DNA of 64,000 nucleotides from Escherichia coli (GTDB lineage Bacteria; Pseudomonadota; Gammaproteobacteria; Enterobacterales; Enterobacteriaceae): NCBI RefSeq assembly GCF_024298765.1, contig NZ_CP101210.1; one strand, 5' to 3'. Shown piece by piece: positions 1 to 8,816 of this stretch (position 1 is its first letter; each line of letters starts with the position of its first letter). The notes under the pieces were generated by a model. It saw only the letters and a program-made list of their open reading frames with translations, ran no database searches and was not told where the DNA came from. The position numbers and the translations under genes were made by a program.

Positions 1-431
<431 letters not shown>

Positions 432-613
432 CTACAAAGACCACCAGCATAACAAATCCGTGGTCGGTGGCAAAAAAAGCAAATTTCGCTTATTAAAACT
501 GCATATTGATTGAAGTTTGAATAATCGAGCGATTTTTTAAAAAAAGTTTGTTGACCTCAGGTCATGATTTCCCTAAATTAGCGCCCGTTCCAGCAAGACA
601 GGAACGACAATTT

Positions 614-701
614 GGTGAGGTGTCCGAGTGGCTGAAGGAGCACGCCTGGAAAGTGTGTATACGGCAACGTATCGGGGGTTCGAATCCCCCCCTCACCGCC
701 A
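614..701 (+). tRNA. serX: tRNA-Ser (GGA anticodon), 88 nt with encoded CCA
   Basis: Sequence GGTGAGGTGTCCGAGTGGCTGAAGGAGCACGCCTGGAAAGTGTGTATACGGCAACGTATCGGGGGTTCGAATCCCCCCCTCACCGCCA with acceptor stem GGTGAGG/CCTCACC and long variable arm; next to ghrA. Confidence 0.92.
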
Positions 702-1107
702 TCTTTAAAGAAGAGCTCGTACGAAAGTACGAGCTTTTTTTTCGTATATTGCACACACCGGGGGGATGAGAAGCCCCGACCGGGGTTCGACAACTGGCGA
801 CAGCCAGTTGGACAGACCGTGAACGCAGTGAGCGGGCTGCCCGCAGGGCGAGCGAAGCGAGTCAATCCCCCCCTCACCGCCATCTTTAAAGAAGAGCTCG
901 TACGAAAGTACGGGCTTTTTTTTCGTATATTGCACACACCGGGGGGATGAGAAGCCCCGACCGGGGTTCGACAACTGGCGACAGCCAGTTGGACAGACCG
1001 TGAACGCAGTGAGCGGGCTGCCCGCAGGGCGAGCGAAGCGAGTCAATCCCCCTCACCGCCATCTTTAAAGAAGAGCTCGTACGAAAGTACGGGCTTTTTT
1101 TCGTATA
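702..1107 (+). repeat. Tandem direct repeat, about 2.2 units of 178-181 bp, each unit = terminator hairpin + conserved 40-mer + hairpin-rich 73-bp segment + copy of the tRNA-Ser 3' end (AATCCCCCCTCACCGCCA)
   Basis: Unit starts at 743, 924 and 1102 (CGTATATTGCACACACCGGGGGGATGAG...); copies are near identical with 1-2 homopolymer length differences; the third unit is interrupted by the IS at 1108. Confidence 0.85.
713..742 (+). terminator. Rho-independent terminator after serX (copies recur at about 893-922 and 1072-1100 within the repeat units)
   Basis: Hairpin GAGCTCGTAC-GAAA-GTACGAGCT followed by a run of 8 T. Confidence 0.7.
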
Positions 1108-1157
1108 TGACCCGTCCTGAATAGCGTTGACACGTTCCTGACTTAAATCCGGAGAAC

Positions 1158-1561
1158 GTGATGATGACTGAGTTCAAACGCACCCAACGTGATTATCCTC
1201 TATCCTTTAAAATAGCTGTTGTTGAGCAGGTTGAAAAAGGCGAGATGACCTATAAACAGGCCCAGCAGCGGTATGGCATTCAGGGGCGCTCCACCGTTCT
1301 TGTCTGGTTACGTAAATTGGCCGGCTTGACTGGAGTCCTGGACTTCCTGACCTGGTGAAGAGGAAACTGCCTGTGACTCAGACAACTATCCCGCTCACAC
1401 CCGAGCAAAGAATCAGGGAACTTGAAGCGCAGCTTGAGCTGGCGAACCAGAAAGCTGAGTTTTTTGAGTCAGTTATCAATGTCCTTAAAAATGATTACGG
1501 GGTGAGTATCGTAAAAAAGCGGCCCGGCAAGTCCTCGCGCAAAGTCCGGCCCCCAAAATAA
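1158..1561 (+). pseudogene. IS3-family OrfA (HTH + leucine-zipper transposase subunit), apparently frame-disrupted: the HTH part (1158-1358) and the coiled-coil part (open from 1316 to 1561) are in different frames
   Basis: ORF1 carries the HTH (TYKQAQQRYGIQGRSTVLVWLRKL); the next frame carries LTPEQRIRELEAQLELANQKAEFF; joining them needs a 1-nt shift somewhere in 1316-1358. Confidence 0.6.
1513..1519 (+). promoter_or_regulatory. Programmed -1 ribosomal frameshift slippery heptamer A-AAA-AAG linking the OrfA and OrfB frames
   Basis: AAAAAAG at 1513-1519 lies in the OrfA frame (..SIVKK..) just before its stop; the OrfB frame is open from here to 2169. Confidence 0.7.
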
Positions 1562-1563
1562 CT

Positions 1564-2414
1564 GTGACGCGTGCATGTCTGTTCCTGGGACACAGCAGAC
1601 AGGCATGGTATCAGGACAACACAAGGCGCAGAAAACGGCAGGAACATCATGCTCAGGTTCTTGATTTTGTTGCCCGTGTCAGATGTCGTCAGCCCCGAAT
1701 CGGTGCGCGTAAGCTGCACTATCTGCTGAACACTCAGGCCGATAAAAGGCTGAATATCGGGCGAGACCGCCTGTTTAACCTGCTCGATGAATACCGACTC
1801 CTGGTGCCAGTAAAACGGGCATATCACAAAACTACCAACAGTCATCATCGCTTCTACCGACATCCAAACCTGCTTAAACCAGGCCCTGAACAGGTTACCG
1901 CTCTTGAACCAGAACAGGTCTGGGTCGCCGATATTACTTACCTTCCACTGCGCAATGGTACGGCCTATCTGAGTCTGGTCACCGATGCCTGCTCCAGAAA
2001 AATTATGGGCTACCATGTTGGGGAAAACCTGCAGACAGAAAATGTGGTAAAAGCGTTCAGACAGGCGCTGAGGCTGAGAAAAACGACGAGTCCCCTGGTG
2101 CATCATTCTGACAGGGGCTGCAATACTGTTCAGCGCTCTATCAGTCAGTTCATGAAAGAAATGGAATAACCTGTTCAATGACGGATGGTTATGACTGCTA
2201 CCAGAACGCACTGGCTGAGCGAATAAACGGTATCCTGAAAGATGAGTTTTTACTCTCGCGTCCTGCAGACCTGGCGCAGGCCCGGGAAATGGTCAAAGAG
2301 TCCGTGGCAATTTATAACCATGAGCGGCCACATCTGGCTCTGAAATACAAAACGCCCGATGACGTTCATCAGGCGTTTTACAGACAGAAAAGTGTCAACT
2401 TATATCAGGACTAG
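1564..2414 (+). pseudogene. IS3-family OrfB transposase (DDE catalytic domain), split by an apparent +1 frameshift in a G-run near 2114-2120 into 1564-2169 and 2178-2414
   Basis: Frame 1 gives ...WVADITYLP...LVTDACSRKIMGYHV...HHSDRG then KEME-stop; frame 0 continues QYCSALYQSVHERNGITCSMTDGYDCYQNALAERINGILKDE...YNHERPHLALKYKTPDDV, the expected collinear C-terminal transposase motifs. Confidence 0.6.
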
Positions 2415-2417
2415 TCA

Positions 2418-2460
2418 ATATTGCACACACCGGGGGGATGAGAAGCCCCGACCGGGGTAC
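2418..2460 (+). repeat. Truncated continuation of the serX-associated repeat unit immediately right of the IS
   Basis: ATATTGCACACACCGGGGGGATGAGAAGCCCCGACCGGGG matches the conserved 40-mer of the units at 743-785 and 924-966, then diverges at about 2460. Confidence 0.8.
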
Positions 2461-2464
2461 TTAG

Positions 2465-3151
2465 TTAATGCAACGGTTCACCCTTTGTCGCCGCGGCTAA
2501 TGGGCGAATTTTGTCACGGGTATCCCAGACCGGAGGGATTTCATCCAATTTAGTGACAGAAGCTCGTACAAAAGGCACCCGTGCAATAGTCATAATCGTA
2601 TTCAACCAACGGTCACGAATAATGCGATCTGCCCTTTCATGACTCGGATCATCCAGCTCAATAACACAGACTATTTTGTTGTTCTTCTTTGAAACCAGAA
2701 CATAATCCATTGCCATTCCATTATAAATTGCAAAGAAACGCTTTCTTTCTTCTTCGCTAAACTCGGGTTGTTCTGGAAAGTTGATCAAGCGCCCCAGAGA
2801 GACCTGGCAATGGATATGACAATAATGTCCAAACCATTTCTCCAGATTATCAAAATAGATTTTTTCACAACGCGTAATTAACCACTCTTTTCCTTCCAAT
2901 AAAATACCTTCGGCAACCATTCCATGAAATAACTCATCTCGTTCTTGCCAACGAGAATCACGATAGGTTTTCTGCGGTGTATAGCTCCTTGTCGACGCCT
3001 TAGCAGCAGGGGGAGTTGCAGATGAAGGGACTGGTTGCGATTTAGAGATGATCACCGATGAGGCAACTTTTCGGAGTGTCAATTTTCTGGCAACAACAAA
3101 ACCGGCGACAAATGCAATTGTCAAACAAGTTACAAAAGCCATAAAGCTCAT
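2465..3151 (-). CDS. Hypothetical protein, 228 aa: N-terminal transmembrane helix, Pro/Ser-rich linker, C-terminal PD-(D/E)xK-type nuclease-like domain (DUF2726/NERD-like by motif)
   Basis: ATG at 3149-3151 with an AGGTGA Shine-Dalgarno upstream; hydrophobic N-terminus MSFMAFVTCLTIAFVAGFVVA; motif DYVLVSKKNNKIVCVIELDDPSHERADRIIRDRW resembles the D...(E/V)(L/I)DG..H core of Vsr/DUF559/DUF2726-type endonuclease folds; not a gene I recognise from K-12 at this locus. Confidence 0.6.
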   Translation of the reverse strand: MSFMAFVTCLTIAFVAGFVVARKLTLRKVASSVIISKSQPVPSSATPPAAKASTRSYTPQKTYRDSRWQERDELFHGMVAEGILLEGKEWLITRCEKIYFDNLEKWFGHYCHIHCQVSLGRLINFPEQPEFSEEERKRFFAIYNGMAMDYVLVSKKNNKIVCVIELDDPSHERADRIIRDRWLNTIMTIARVPFVRASVTKLDEIPPVWDTRDKIRPLAAATKGEPLH

Positions 3152-3661
3152 AATTAATTTTCACCTATCCATGTTGATTATATTTCATTACCAACGTTAC
3201 TCGCTGTAGCGTGTTACATGCCAACAATTCAACGATCAATATATAGTTAGTATCATGTTTTTATTATTACAACCACCCCTATTTTGCCATTGCGGCTTGC
3301 CTTCCACAAAAAATAAAAACACAAAACATTAGCCAAAGAATTAATTAAGATTAACCTGACATTTTTAATGTTATCCCTAAAAAATATAATCAGGAGAATA
3401 TATTCGGTGTTAATCAGTCAGTCAAATTTTGGCTCATTGTTGATTAAACCTCATACGCAAAATTGGCACCAGACCTCCTGTACAGGTTGAATGGCTGGAA
3501 AAAGATAGGCAAAAAACTCTCCGCGCTGGCGGCATTACATTGGTCGCGTGCTATGACGAAAAATGCCTGGTAAAAGTATCTAAACCAGAATTAATTTCAG
3601 CTTATCAACACGCTCAAAGTCGCCCCCCAGAACGTTAACCTGAAGTGAAAGTCTTTGCTGT

Positions 3662-3697
3662 TAATGAAATAAAACAAAGCCCGGTTCGCCCGGGCTC
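3662..3697 (-). terminator. Rho-independent terminator downstream of phoH
   Basis: On the minus strand, hairpin AGCCCGG-GCGAA-CCGGGCT followed by TTGTTTTATTTCATT; 17 nt after the phoH stop. Confidence 0.65.
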
Positions 3698-3713
3698 TGC
3701 GCCGATAATACAC

Positions 3714-4502
3714 TTAACTGTATGCATGTAGCGTACGTTGGCAAAGTGCCGAACGTACGCAATCCTCTTTACCGAATCGGACGATCCCGACCATTTCATC
3801 TTCTTCGAAACGTTCCAGCGCGTCACTTAATCCGGAGCGCACGCCGCGAGGCAAATCGCATTGCGTGATATCACCGTTGACGATAACCGTCACGTTCTCC
3901 CCGAGGCGGGTTAAAAACATTTTCATTTGCGCGGCAGTCACATTCTGCGCCTCGTCAAGAATGACGACTGCATTTTCAAAGGTACGTCCACGCATATAGG
4001 CGAACGGCGCAATTTCCACCTTCCCTATTTCCGGTCGCAGGCAGTACTGCATAAAGGAAGCCCCTAAGCGCCGAACCAGCACGTCGTAGACCGGGCGAAA
4101 ATAGGGAGCAAACTTTTCTGCGATATCACCAGGTAAGAAGCCAAGATCTTCATCGGCTTGCAGAACTGGACGGGTGACGATAATCCTGTCGACATCCTTA
4201 TGTATCAGGGCCTCTGCCGCTTTTGCTGCGCTGATCCAGGTTTTTCCGCACCCGGCTTCGCCCGTGGCGAATATCAGCTGCTTACTCTCAATAGCCTTCA
4301 GATAGTGCAATTGCGCTTCATTTCGCGCGAGGATGGGCGAGGTATCGCGACTATCGCGGGCCATACCAATGGCTTCTACGCCGCTCATTTGCACAAGCGA
4401 GGTGACCGATTCTTCTTCACGCTGCTTATGGCTGCGCGAATCCCGTCTCAGCACACGTTTTGCCTCGCGACGAGCTTTGATCACTGCTTTTTGTCTTCCC
4501 AT
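3714..4502 (-). CDS. phoH: PhoH, phosphate-starvation-inducible ATPase (PhoH/PIN-associated NTPase family), 262-aa core form; alternative starts at GTG 4637 or, with a frame change, ATG 4777
   Basis: Translation MGRQKAVIKARREAKRVL...IFATGEAGCGKTWI...AYMRGRTFENAVVILDEAQN... has a Walker A P-loop and matches PhoH; start ATG 4500-4502 is preceded by an AAGG SD-like motif. Confidence 0.8.
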   Translation of the reverse strand: MGRQKAVIKARREAKRVLRRDSRSHKQREEESVTSLVQMSGVEAIGMARDSRDTSPILARNEAQLHYLKAIESKQLIFATGEAGCGKTWISAAKAAEALIHKDVDRIIVTRPVLQADEDLGFLPGDIAEKFAPYFRPVYDVLVRRLGASFMQYCLRPEIGKVEIAPFAYMRGRTFENAVVILDEAQNVTAAQMKMFLTRLGENVTVIVNGDITQCDLPRGVRSGLSDALERFEEDEMVGIVRFGKEDCVRSALCQRTLHAYS

Positions 4503-4926
4503 GGAGAGCACCTTGAGTTGTTTGTATTCATCACACGCGCCGTTGGCAGCGCGATTATGCGCACGAACATCAGAGGGTTGGCTTCCTTGTAAGCCATAGT
4601 TTGCTTTTGGATAAAATGCCGAAAAACGGCTACGCACACCGTTTGCGGCGTCGGTAACACGAGTAAAGAGAGGAAGTGAGAAAAATACAGAGTGACGAAG
4701 TTGCTACCGGAGGAGAAATCTCCGCGAGTGGTGGAGCCTTGCTTAACAAAACATTGTCCAGAACAGGACGTTACCATCCGCGATCTCCATAGTGACTGAC
4801 TATCACTGCCGGGAACTTCCGCTGCTACTTAATAATTACAACAGATTTCGCATTCATTGCAACAATATATTCACTTACATTTAACCATAAAACACCATTT
4901 CAGTGACATTAGTTTCTACTGGAAAG

Positions 4927-4945
4927 ATGACAAAGTGATGACAGA
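4927..4945 (-). promoter_or_regulatory. Pho box (PhoB binding site) in the phoH promoter region
   Basis: Minus-strand sequence CTGTCAT-CACT-TTGTCAT: two 7-bp direct repeats 4 bp apart, matching the CTGTCAT pho-box consensus. Confidence 0.6.
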
Positions 4946-4996
4946 GATGAAAAAAGCTGTGTGCTTTCAGCAGGATTCGCAGGGCTGGTAAAAGCT

Positions 4997-5120
4997 TGCC
5001 GGATGCGGCGTGAACGCCTTATCCGGCCTACCGACCCGCACCGATTGTAGGCATGATAAGACGCGCATGCGTCGCATCAGCGCACGAACGCCTGGTGCGG
5101 CACGAACGCCTTATCCGCCT
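4997..5120. repeat. REP/BIME cluster of three REP-like palindromic units between phoH and efeB
   Basis: GCCGGATGCGGCGTGAACGCCTTATCCGGCCTAC and two related copies. Confidence 0.7.
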
Positions 5121-5127
5121 GAAAACA

Positions 5128-6399
5128 TTAAACCCGCAATAACGCGCTTCCGAGATAATCGTTCGTGTCCTTCACCCCCGGCAGCGCAAAAAAATAACCG
5201 CCGCCGATAGGTTTAACGTATTCCTCCAGCGCTTCGCCATTGAGCCTTTTTTGTACTGTCAGGAAGCCTTTTTCCAGATCGTGTTGATAGCAGACAAACA
5301 GTAGCCCCATATCCAGTTGTCCGGAGTTGGTGACGCCCAACGAATAACTGTAGCCACGACGCAGCATCAGACTTGACTCACTCTCTGGCGTGCGGGGATT
5401 CGCCAGCCGGATATGGCTGTCCAGCGCAATCACCTTCCCTTCCGGATCGCTGGCGTAATCGGGAACATCATGCTCATGCTGCATTCCCAGCGGCGCGCCG
5501 GTTTGCTTATCACGCCCAAATATCGTCTGCTGTTCTTTCAGCGGCGTTCTGTCCCAAAATTCCACCCGAAACTGAATCAACCGCACCGCCTGGTAGCTGC
5601 CGCCGATTGTCCACGCAGGCTCCTGCTGATCTGCCGTCACCCACACCACTTTTTGCATCAACTTATCATTCTGGCTATCGGGATTGGCAGTGCCGTCTTT
5701 GAAACCCAGCAAATTAATCGGCGTCTCTTTGCCTTTACTACGCGCCGCGTGATCGGAAATAAACCCTTCCCGCTTCCAGCGCACACTGAGCAAATCCGGC
5801 GTGTGTTTGATGATATCGCGCAGCGCATGGATCACCGTATCCTGGGTGTTGGCGCAAATTTGTAGCAACACATCACCATGACATAATGCTGCATCAAGCG
5901 AGTCGTTGGGGAAACGCGTCATCTTCTGCAACTTTTTCGGCATCTGTGGCGCAAGACCAAACCGTTCATCAAACAACGAGTGACCCACCGATAACGTGAT
6001 GGTGAGATTATCGGGCGCAATGTAGCCGCCAAGAATGCCGGAATCGAGTGGTGGCAGGCGCGGATTTGGCGTTTCTGGTGCCGCTCCGCCCTGAGTCAGA
6101 AAAGCAAAACGCTGAGTCAACAAGCGAAACAACCGTTCAAGATCGGCTTTATCGCTGGCAAGCACATCAAACGCCACCAGCATCATTGCAGCCTGTTGTG
6201 GTGTCAGGATCCCTGCCTGATGCTCACCATAAAACGGCTGTTTCTCATTGCGTGCATCCGGTGAAAGCGTACCCGGCGCACTTTGCGTTTTTTGTGCATG
6301 AGCGACCGGACAACTTCCCGCCAGCGCCAGTGCACCAATCCCTTTCAGTAAACGTCGGCGTGACGGTTCATTCACGCCGTTTTCATCTTTATACTGCAT
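5128..6399 (-). CDS. efeB: EfeB, Tat-exported Dyp-type haem peroxidase (deferrochelatase) of the EfeUOB ferrous iron uptake system
   Basis: 423-aa ORF with twin-arginine signal ([23 protein letters not shown]); matches EfeB/YcdB. Confidence 0.92.
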   Translation of the reverse strand: MQYKDENGVNEPSRRRLLKGIGALALAGSCPVAHAQKTQSAPGTLSPDARNEKQPFYGEHQAGILTPQQAAMMLVAFDVLASDKADLERLFRLLTQRFAFLTQGGAAPETPNPRLPPLDSGILGGYIAPDNLTITLSVGHSLFDERFGLAPQMPKKLQKMTRFPNDSLDAALCHGDVLLQICANTQDTVIHALRDIIKHTPDLLSVRWKREGFISDHAARSKGKETPINLLGFKDGTANPDSQNDKLMQKVVWVTADQQEPAWTIGGSYQAVRLIQFRVEFWDRTPLKEQQTIFGRDKQTGAPLGMQHEHDVPDYASDPEGKVIALDSHIRLANPRTPESESSLMLRRGYSYSLGVTNSGQLDMGLLFVCYQHDLEKGFLTVQKRLNGEALEEYVKPIGGGYFFALPGVKDTNDYLGSALLRV

Positions 6400-6404
6400 A
6401 ACGT

Positions 6405-7532
6405 TTAATCCAGTCCCAGCACACCGCGAAGTTGCGCCAGATCTTCCGCCAGCGCAGTAATCGGTCCTTTCAGTGCATTCCGGTCGGCATCGGTCAATTT
6501 GTCGTAGGTTTCAAAACCGTCTTTAGTACGGTATTTCGCCAGAATGGTATCGACCTTTTTAAAGTTGGCATCGACTTTTGCCAACAGTTCCGGGTTGGCT
6601 TTTTGCAGTTGTGGACGCAGTAGATCGACAATTTTCTGCGAGCCTTCAACGTTAGCCTGGAAATCCCACAGATCGGTGTGGCTGTAGCGATCTTCTTCAC
6701 CGCTGATTTTGCTGGCTGCCACTTCCTCAATCAGTCCGGCTGCACCGCCGACCACTTTTGAAGGTGGGAAAGCCAGTTCACTGATGCGTTTTTGCAAATC
6801 GACCACATCGGTATAAAGCTGGTCAGCGTACTTATCCATTCCTTTGGTGGTGTTGTCGCCAAACAATGCTTTTTCCAGACGGTGGAAACCGGTGAATTTT
6901 GGATCGGCGGCTTTTTGCTCATAATCATCTTCACGGGCGTCAATGCTACCATCCAGATCGGAGAACAGTTCAGCAATCGGTTCAATGCGCTCATAGTGCT
7001 GGCGCGTCGGCGCATACAGTGCTTTTGCTTTTTCGATATCGCCTGCTTTAATAGCGTCGGTAAAGGCTTTGGTGTCGGCCACCAGCTGCGTGGTTTCCGC
7101 CATGACATACGCTTTATATGCAGTAATTGCACCACCAAGACTTAACAGCGCATCACTTTGCGCCGCATCCGCCGTTGCCTCACCTTTGACAATCAACTTC
7201 CCTTTCGGGTTAGTCAGCAGACCGCAGGTCATATCGTATTCGCCAGGCTGTAAATTCGCCGTCATTTTCTGGCTAAAGCCAGGGGCGATATTTTCTCGCT
7301 CTTCCACCACCATCACGCCTTTGAGGATCTCCCACTCCAGCGCCTTCTGGCTGTGGTTCTGAATAATGAACTGTGTTTTCCCGGCGTTAACCGTAATGGT
7401 CATCGGTTCGCACTGCTTATCCGTCACGGTGACTTTGACTTGCGGCACATCAGCGGCGTTAGCCATAAAAGCGGAAGAAAACAGCACAGCCACACTCAAC
7501 TGCAATGCGTTACGGCGGAAGTTAATGGTCAT
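6405..7532 (-). CDS. efeO: EfeO, periplasmic iron-binding protein (cupredoxin + M75 peptidase-like domains)
   Basis: 375-aa ORF beginning [26 protein letters not shown]; operon position between efeU and efeB. Confidence 0.92.
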   Translation of the reverse strand: MTINFRRNALQLSVAVLFSSAFMANAADVPQVKVTVTDKQCEPMTITVNAGKTQFIIQNHSQKALEWEILKGVMVVEERENIAPGFSQKMTANLQPGEYDMTCGLLTNPKGKLIVKGEATADAAQSDALLSLGGAITAYKAYVMAETTQLVADTKAFTDAIKAGDIEKAKALYAPTRQHYERIEPIAELFSDLDGSIDAREDDYEQKAADPKFTGFHRLEKALFGDNTTKGMDKYADQLYTDVVDLQKRISELAFPPSKVVGGAAGLIEEVAASKISGEEDRYSHTDLWDFQANVEGSQKIVDLLRPQLQKANPELLAKVDANFKKVDTILAKYRTKDGFETYDKLTDADRNALKGPITALAEDLAQLRGVLGLD

Positions 7533-7589
7533 GACGAGACTATCCCTTTAAAGTATGTTGTAACTAAGCAAGAGTTTGCGTCGTATTTG

Positions 7590-8420
7590 CTACGCAGAGC
7601 GAGACGCTGTCGCCCCTGCACGTGGTGGCAGGGCAAATGCCACCAGCGCCGGGATGAGATAAATAAACCAGACGGCGACTTCGCTGACACTTGGCGCTTC
7701 CTGATAGCCAAAAATCCCTTCCATCAGCGTGCCAAACAGCGAGTGAGTTGACAGCACCGCGCTCATATCGAAGGCGATTTCCTGAAAGTGGTTCCACAAT
7801 CCGGCTTCATGAAATGCGCGAATGGCACCAGCTGCCAGCCCAGCGGCGACGAAGAGAATAAACAGACTGGTCCATTTAAAAAATGCACCAAGATTGAGGC
7901 GAATACCGCCCCAGTAGAGCAGGAAGCCGAGCACCACGGCTGTAGCAAGACCGAGCATTGCACCCAGCGGCGGCCAGATCCCGACATCTTGTTGAAATGC
8001 CGCCAGCAGGAAAAAGACCGACTCCAGCCCTTCCCTTGCAACGGCAAAAAAGACCATCATCACCAGCGCCCAGCCATGATGATTTCCACGCTGCAATGCG
8101 CTATCGACTGCCTGTTCCAGTTGCACTTTGACGTTGCGCGACACTTTACGCATCCAGAAAACCATCCAGGTAAGGATCACCACGGCGATCACCGCCACGA
8201 TACCTTCAAACAGTTCCTGTTCTTTTTGCGGGAATTCGCCGGTGGTTTCGTTAATGAAGATACCCAAGCCCAGGCACAACGCAGCGGCAAGCAACACGCC
8301 AATCCACATCACACTAATCCATCGGCCTCGCTGGGTACGCTTAAGATAGCTGGCAATCAAACTGACAATCAGCGCGGCTTCAAGTCCTTCGCGCAACATA
8401 ATGAGAAACGGAACAAACAT
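7590..8420 (-). CDS. efeU: EfeU, ferrous iron permease (FTR1/OFeT family); intact reading frame
   Basis: Continuous 276-aa ORF from MFVPFLIMLREGLEAALIVSL... containing the two REGLE motifs; ORF track extends 3 codons upstream to 8429. Confidence 0.88.
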   Translation of the reverse strand: MFVPFLIMLREGLEAALIVSLIASYLKRTQRGRWISVMWIGVLLAAALCLGLGIFINETTGEFPQKEQELFEGIVAVIAVVILTWMVFWMRKVSRNVKVQLEQAVDSALQRGNHHGWALVMMVFFAVAREGLESVFFLLAAFQQDVGIWPPLGAMLGLATAVVLGFLLYWGGIRLNLGAFFKWTSLFILFVAAGLAAGAIRAFHEAGLWNHFQEIAFDMSAVLSTHSLFGTLMEGIFGYQEAPSVSEVAVWFIYLIPALVAFALPPRAGATASRSA

Positions 8421-8629
8421 GCCACCCACCCTTAAACGTTTTTCTGAGTCAATCTATGCAAAGAAAAGTAAATCGCAGTGATAGCGATTATCATTACGGC
8501 AAAGAAAAATACAAGCGGAATGTTTATAAAATGATGTTGGAATGTAAACAAAGAGAGGTAATGGCAGGGGATATAAACGATTATTCCAGGTACAAAGATG
8601 GGATTGTTTACAACGAGCCATGTGTTCTT

Positions 8630-8662
8630 GCCAGATGCCGCGTAAACGCCTTATCCAGCCGA
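8630..8662. repeat. REP-like palindromic element
   Basis: GCCAGATGCCGCGTAAACGCCTTATCCAGCCGAC resembles the REP consensus. Confidence 0.5.
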
Positions 8663-8816
8663 CAAAACTGTCCAGACTCAATGCATCAGAGCTTCCATGT
8701 AAAACTGATAAGCGGGTGTATCAAGCAATTTCGTCCATCCGCGATTATCAAATCTAACTTTTTGCCCGGAACATAATAACAGCTCGGGTGTTGGTGGCGT
8801 CAAAGTCGCTGAAGCG

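Larger units (their letters stand above)
1108..2417 (+). mobile_element. IS3-family insertion sequence, 1310 bp, with imperfect terminal inverted repeats of about 30 bp (TGAC...) and 3-bp target site duplication ATA
   Basis: Left end TGACCCGTCCTGAATAGCGTTGACAC and reverse complement of right end TGACTAGTCCTGATATAAGTTGACAC; flanks CGTATA|IS|ATATTGCAC reconstruct the uninterrupted repeat CGTATATTGCAC; OrfA/OrfB layout with A-AAA-AAG slippery heptamer; DDE-type transposase motifs. Confidence 0.85.

Noticed and set aside
548-1046. ORF-track ORFs 548-769 (+), 562-756 (-), 578-937 (-) and 705-1046 (-) overlapping serX and the tandem repeats
   Set aside because: They run through a tRNA gene and terminator hairpins and their peptides simply repeat with the 180-bp unit; they are artefacts of the repeat, not genes.
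1108-2417. IS-mediated adjacent deletion as the cause of the missing pga region
   Set aside because: The IS is flanked by an intact 3-bp target duplication and both flanks continue the same repeat unit, so it is a simple insertion; any deletion happened at another junction, around 2460.
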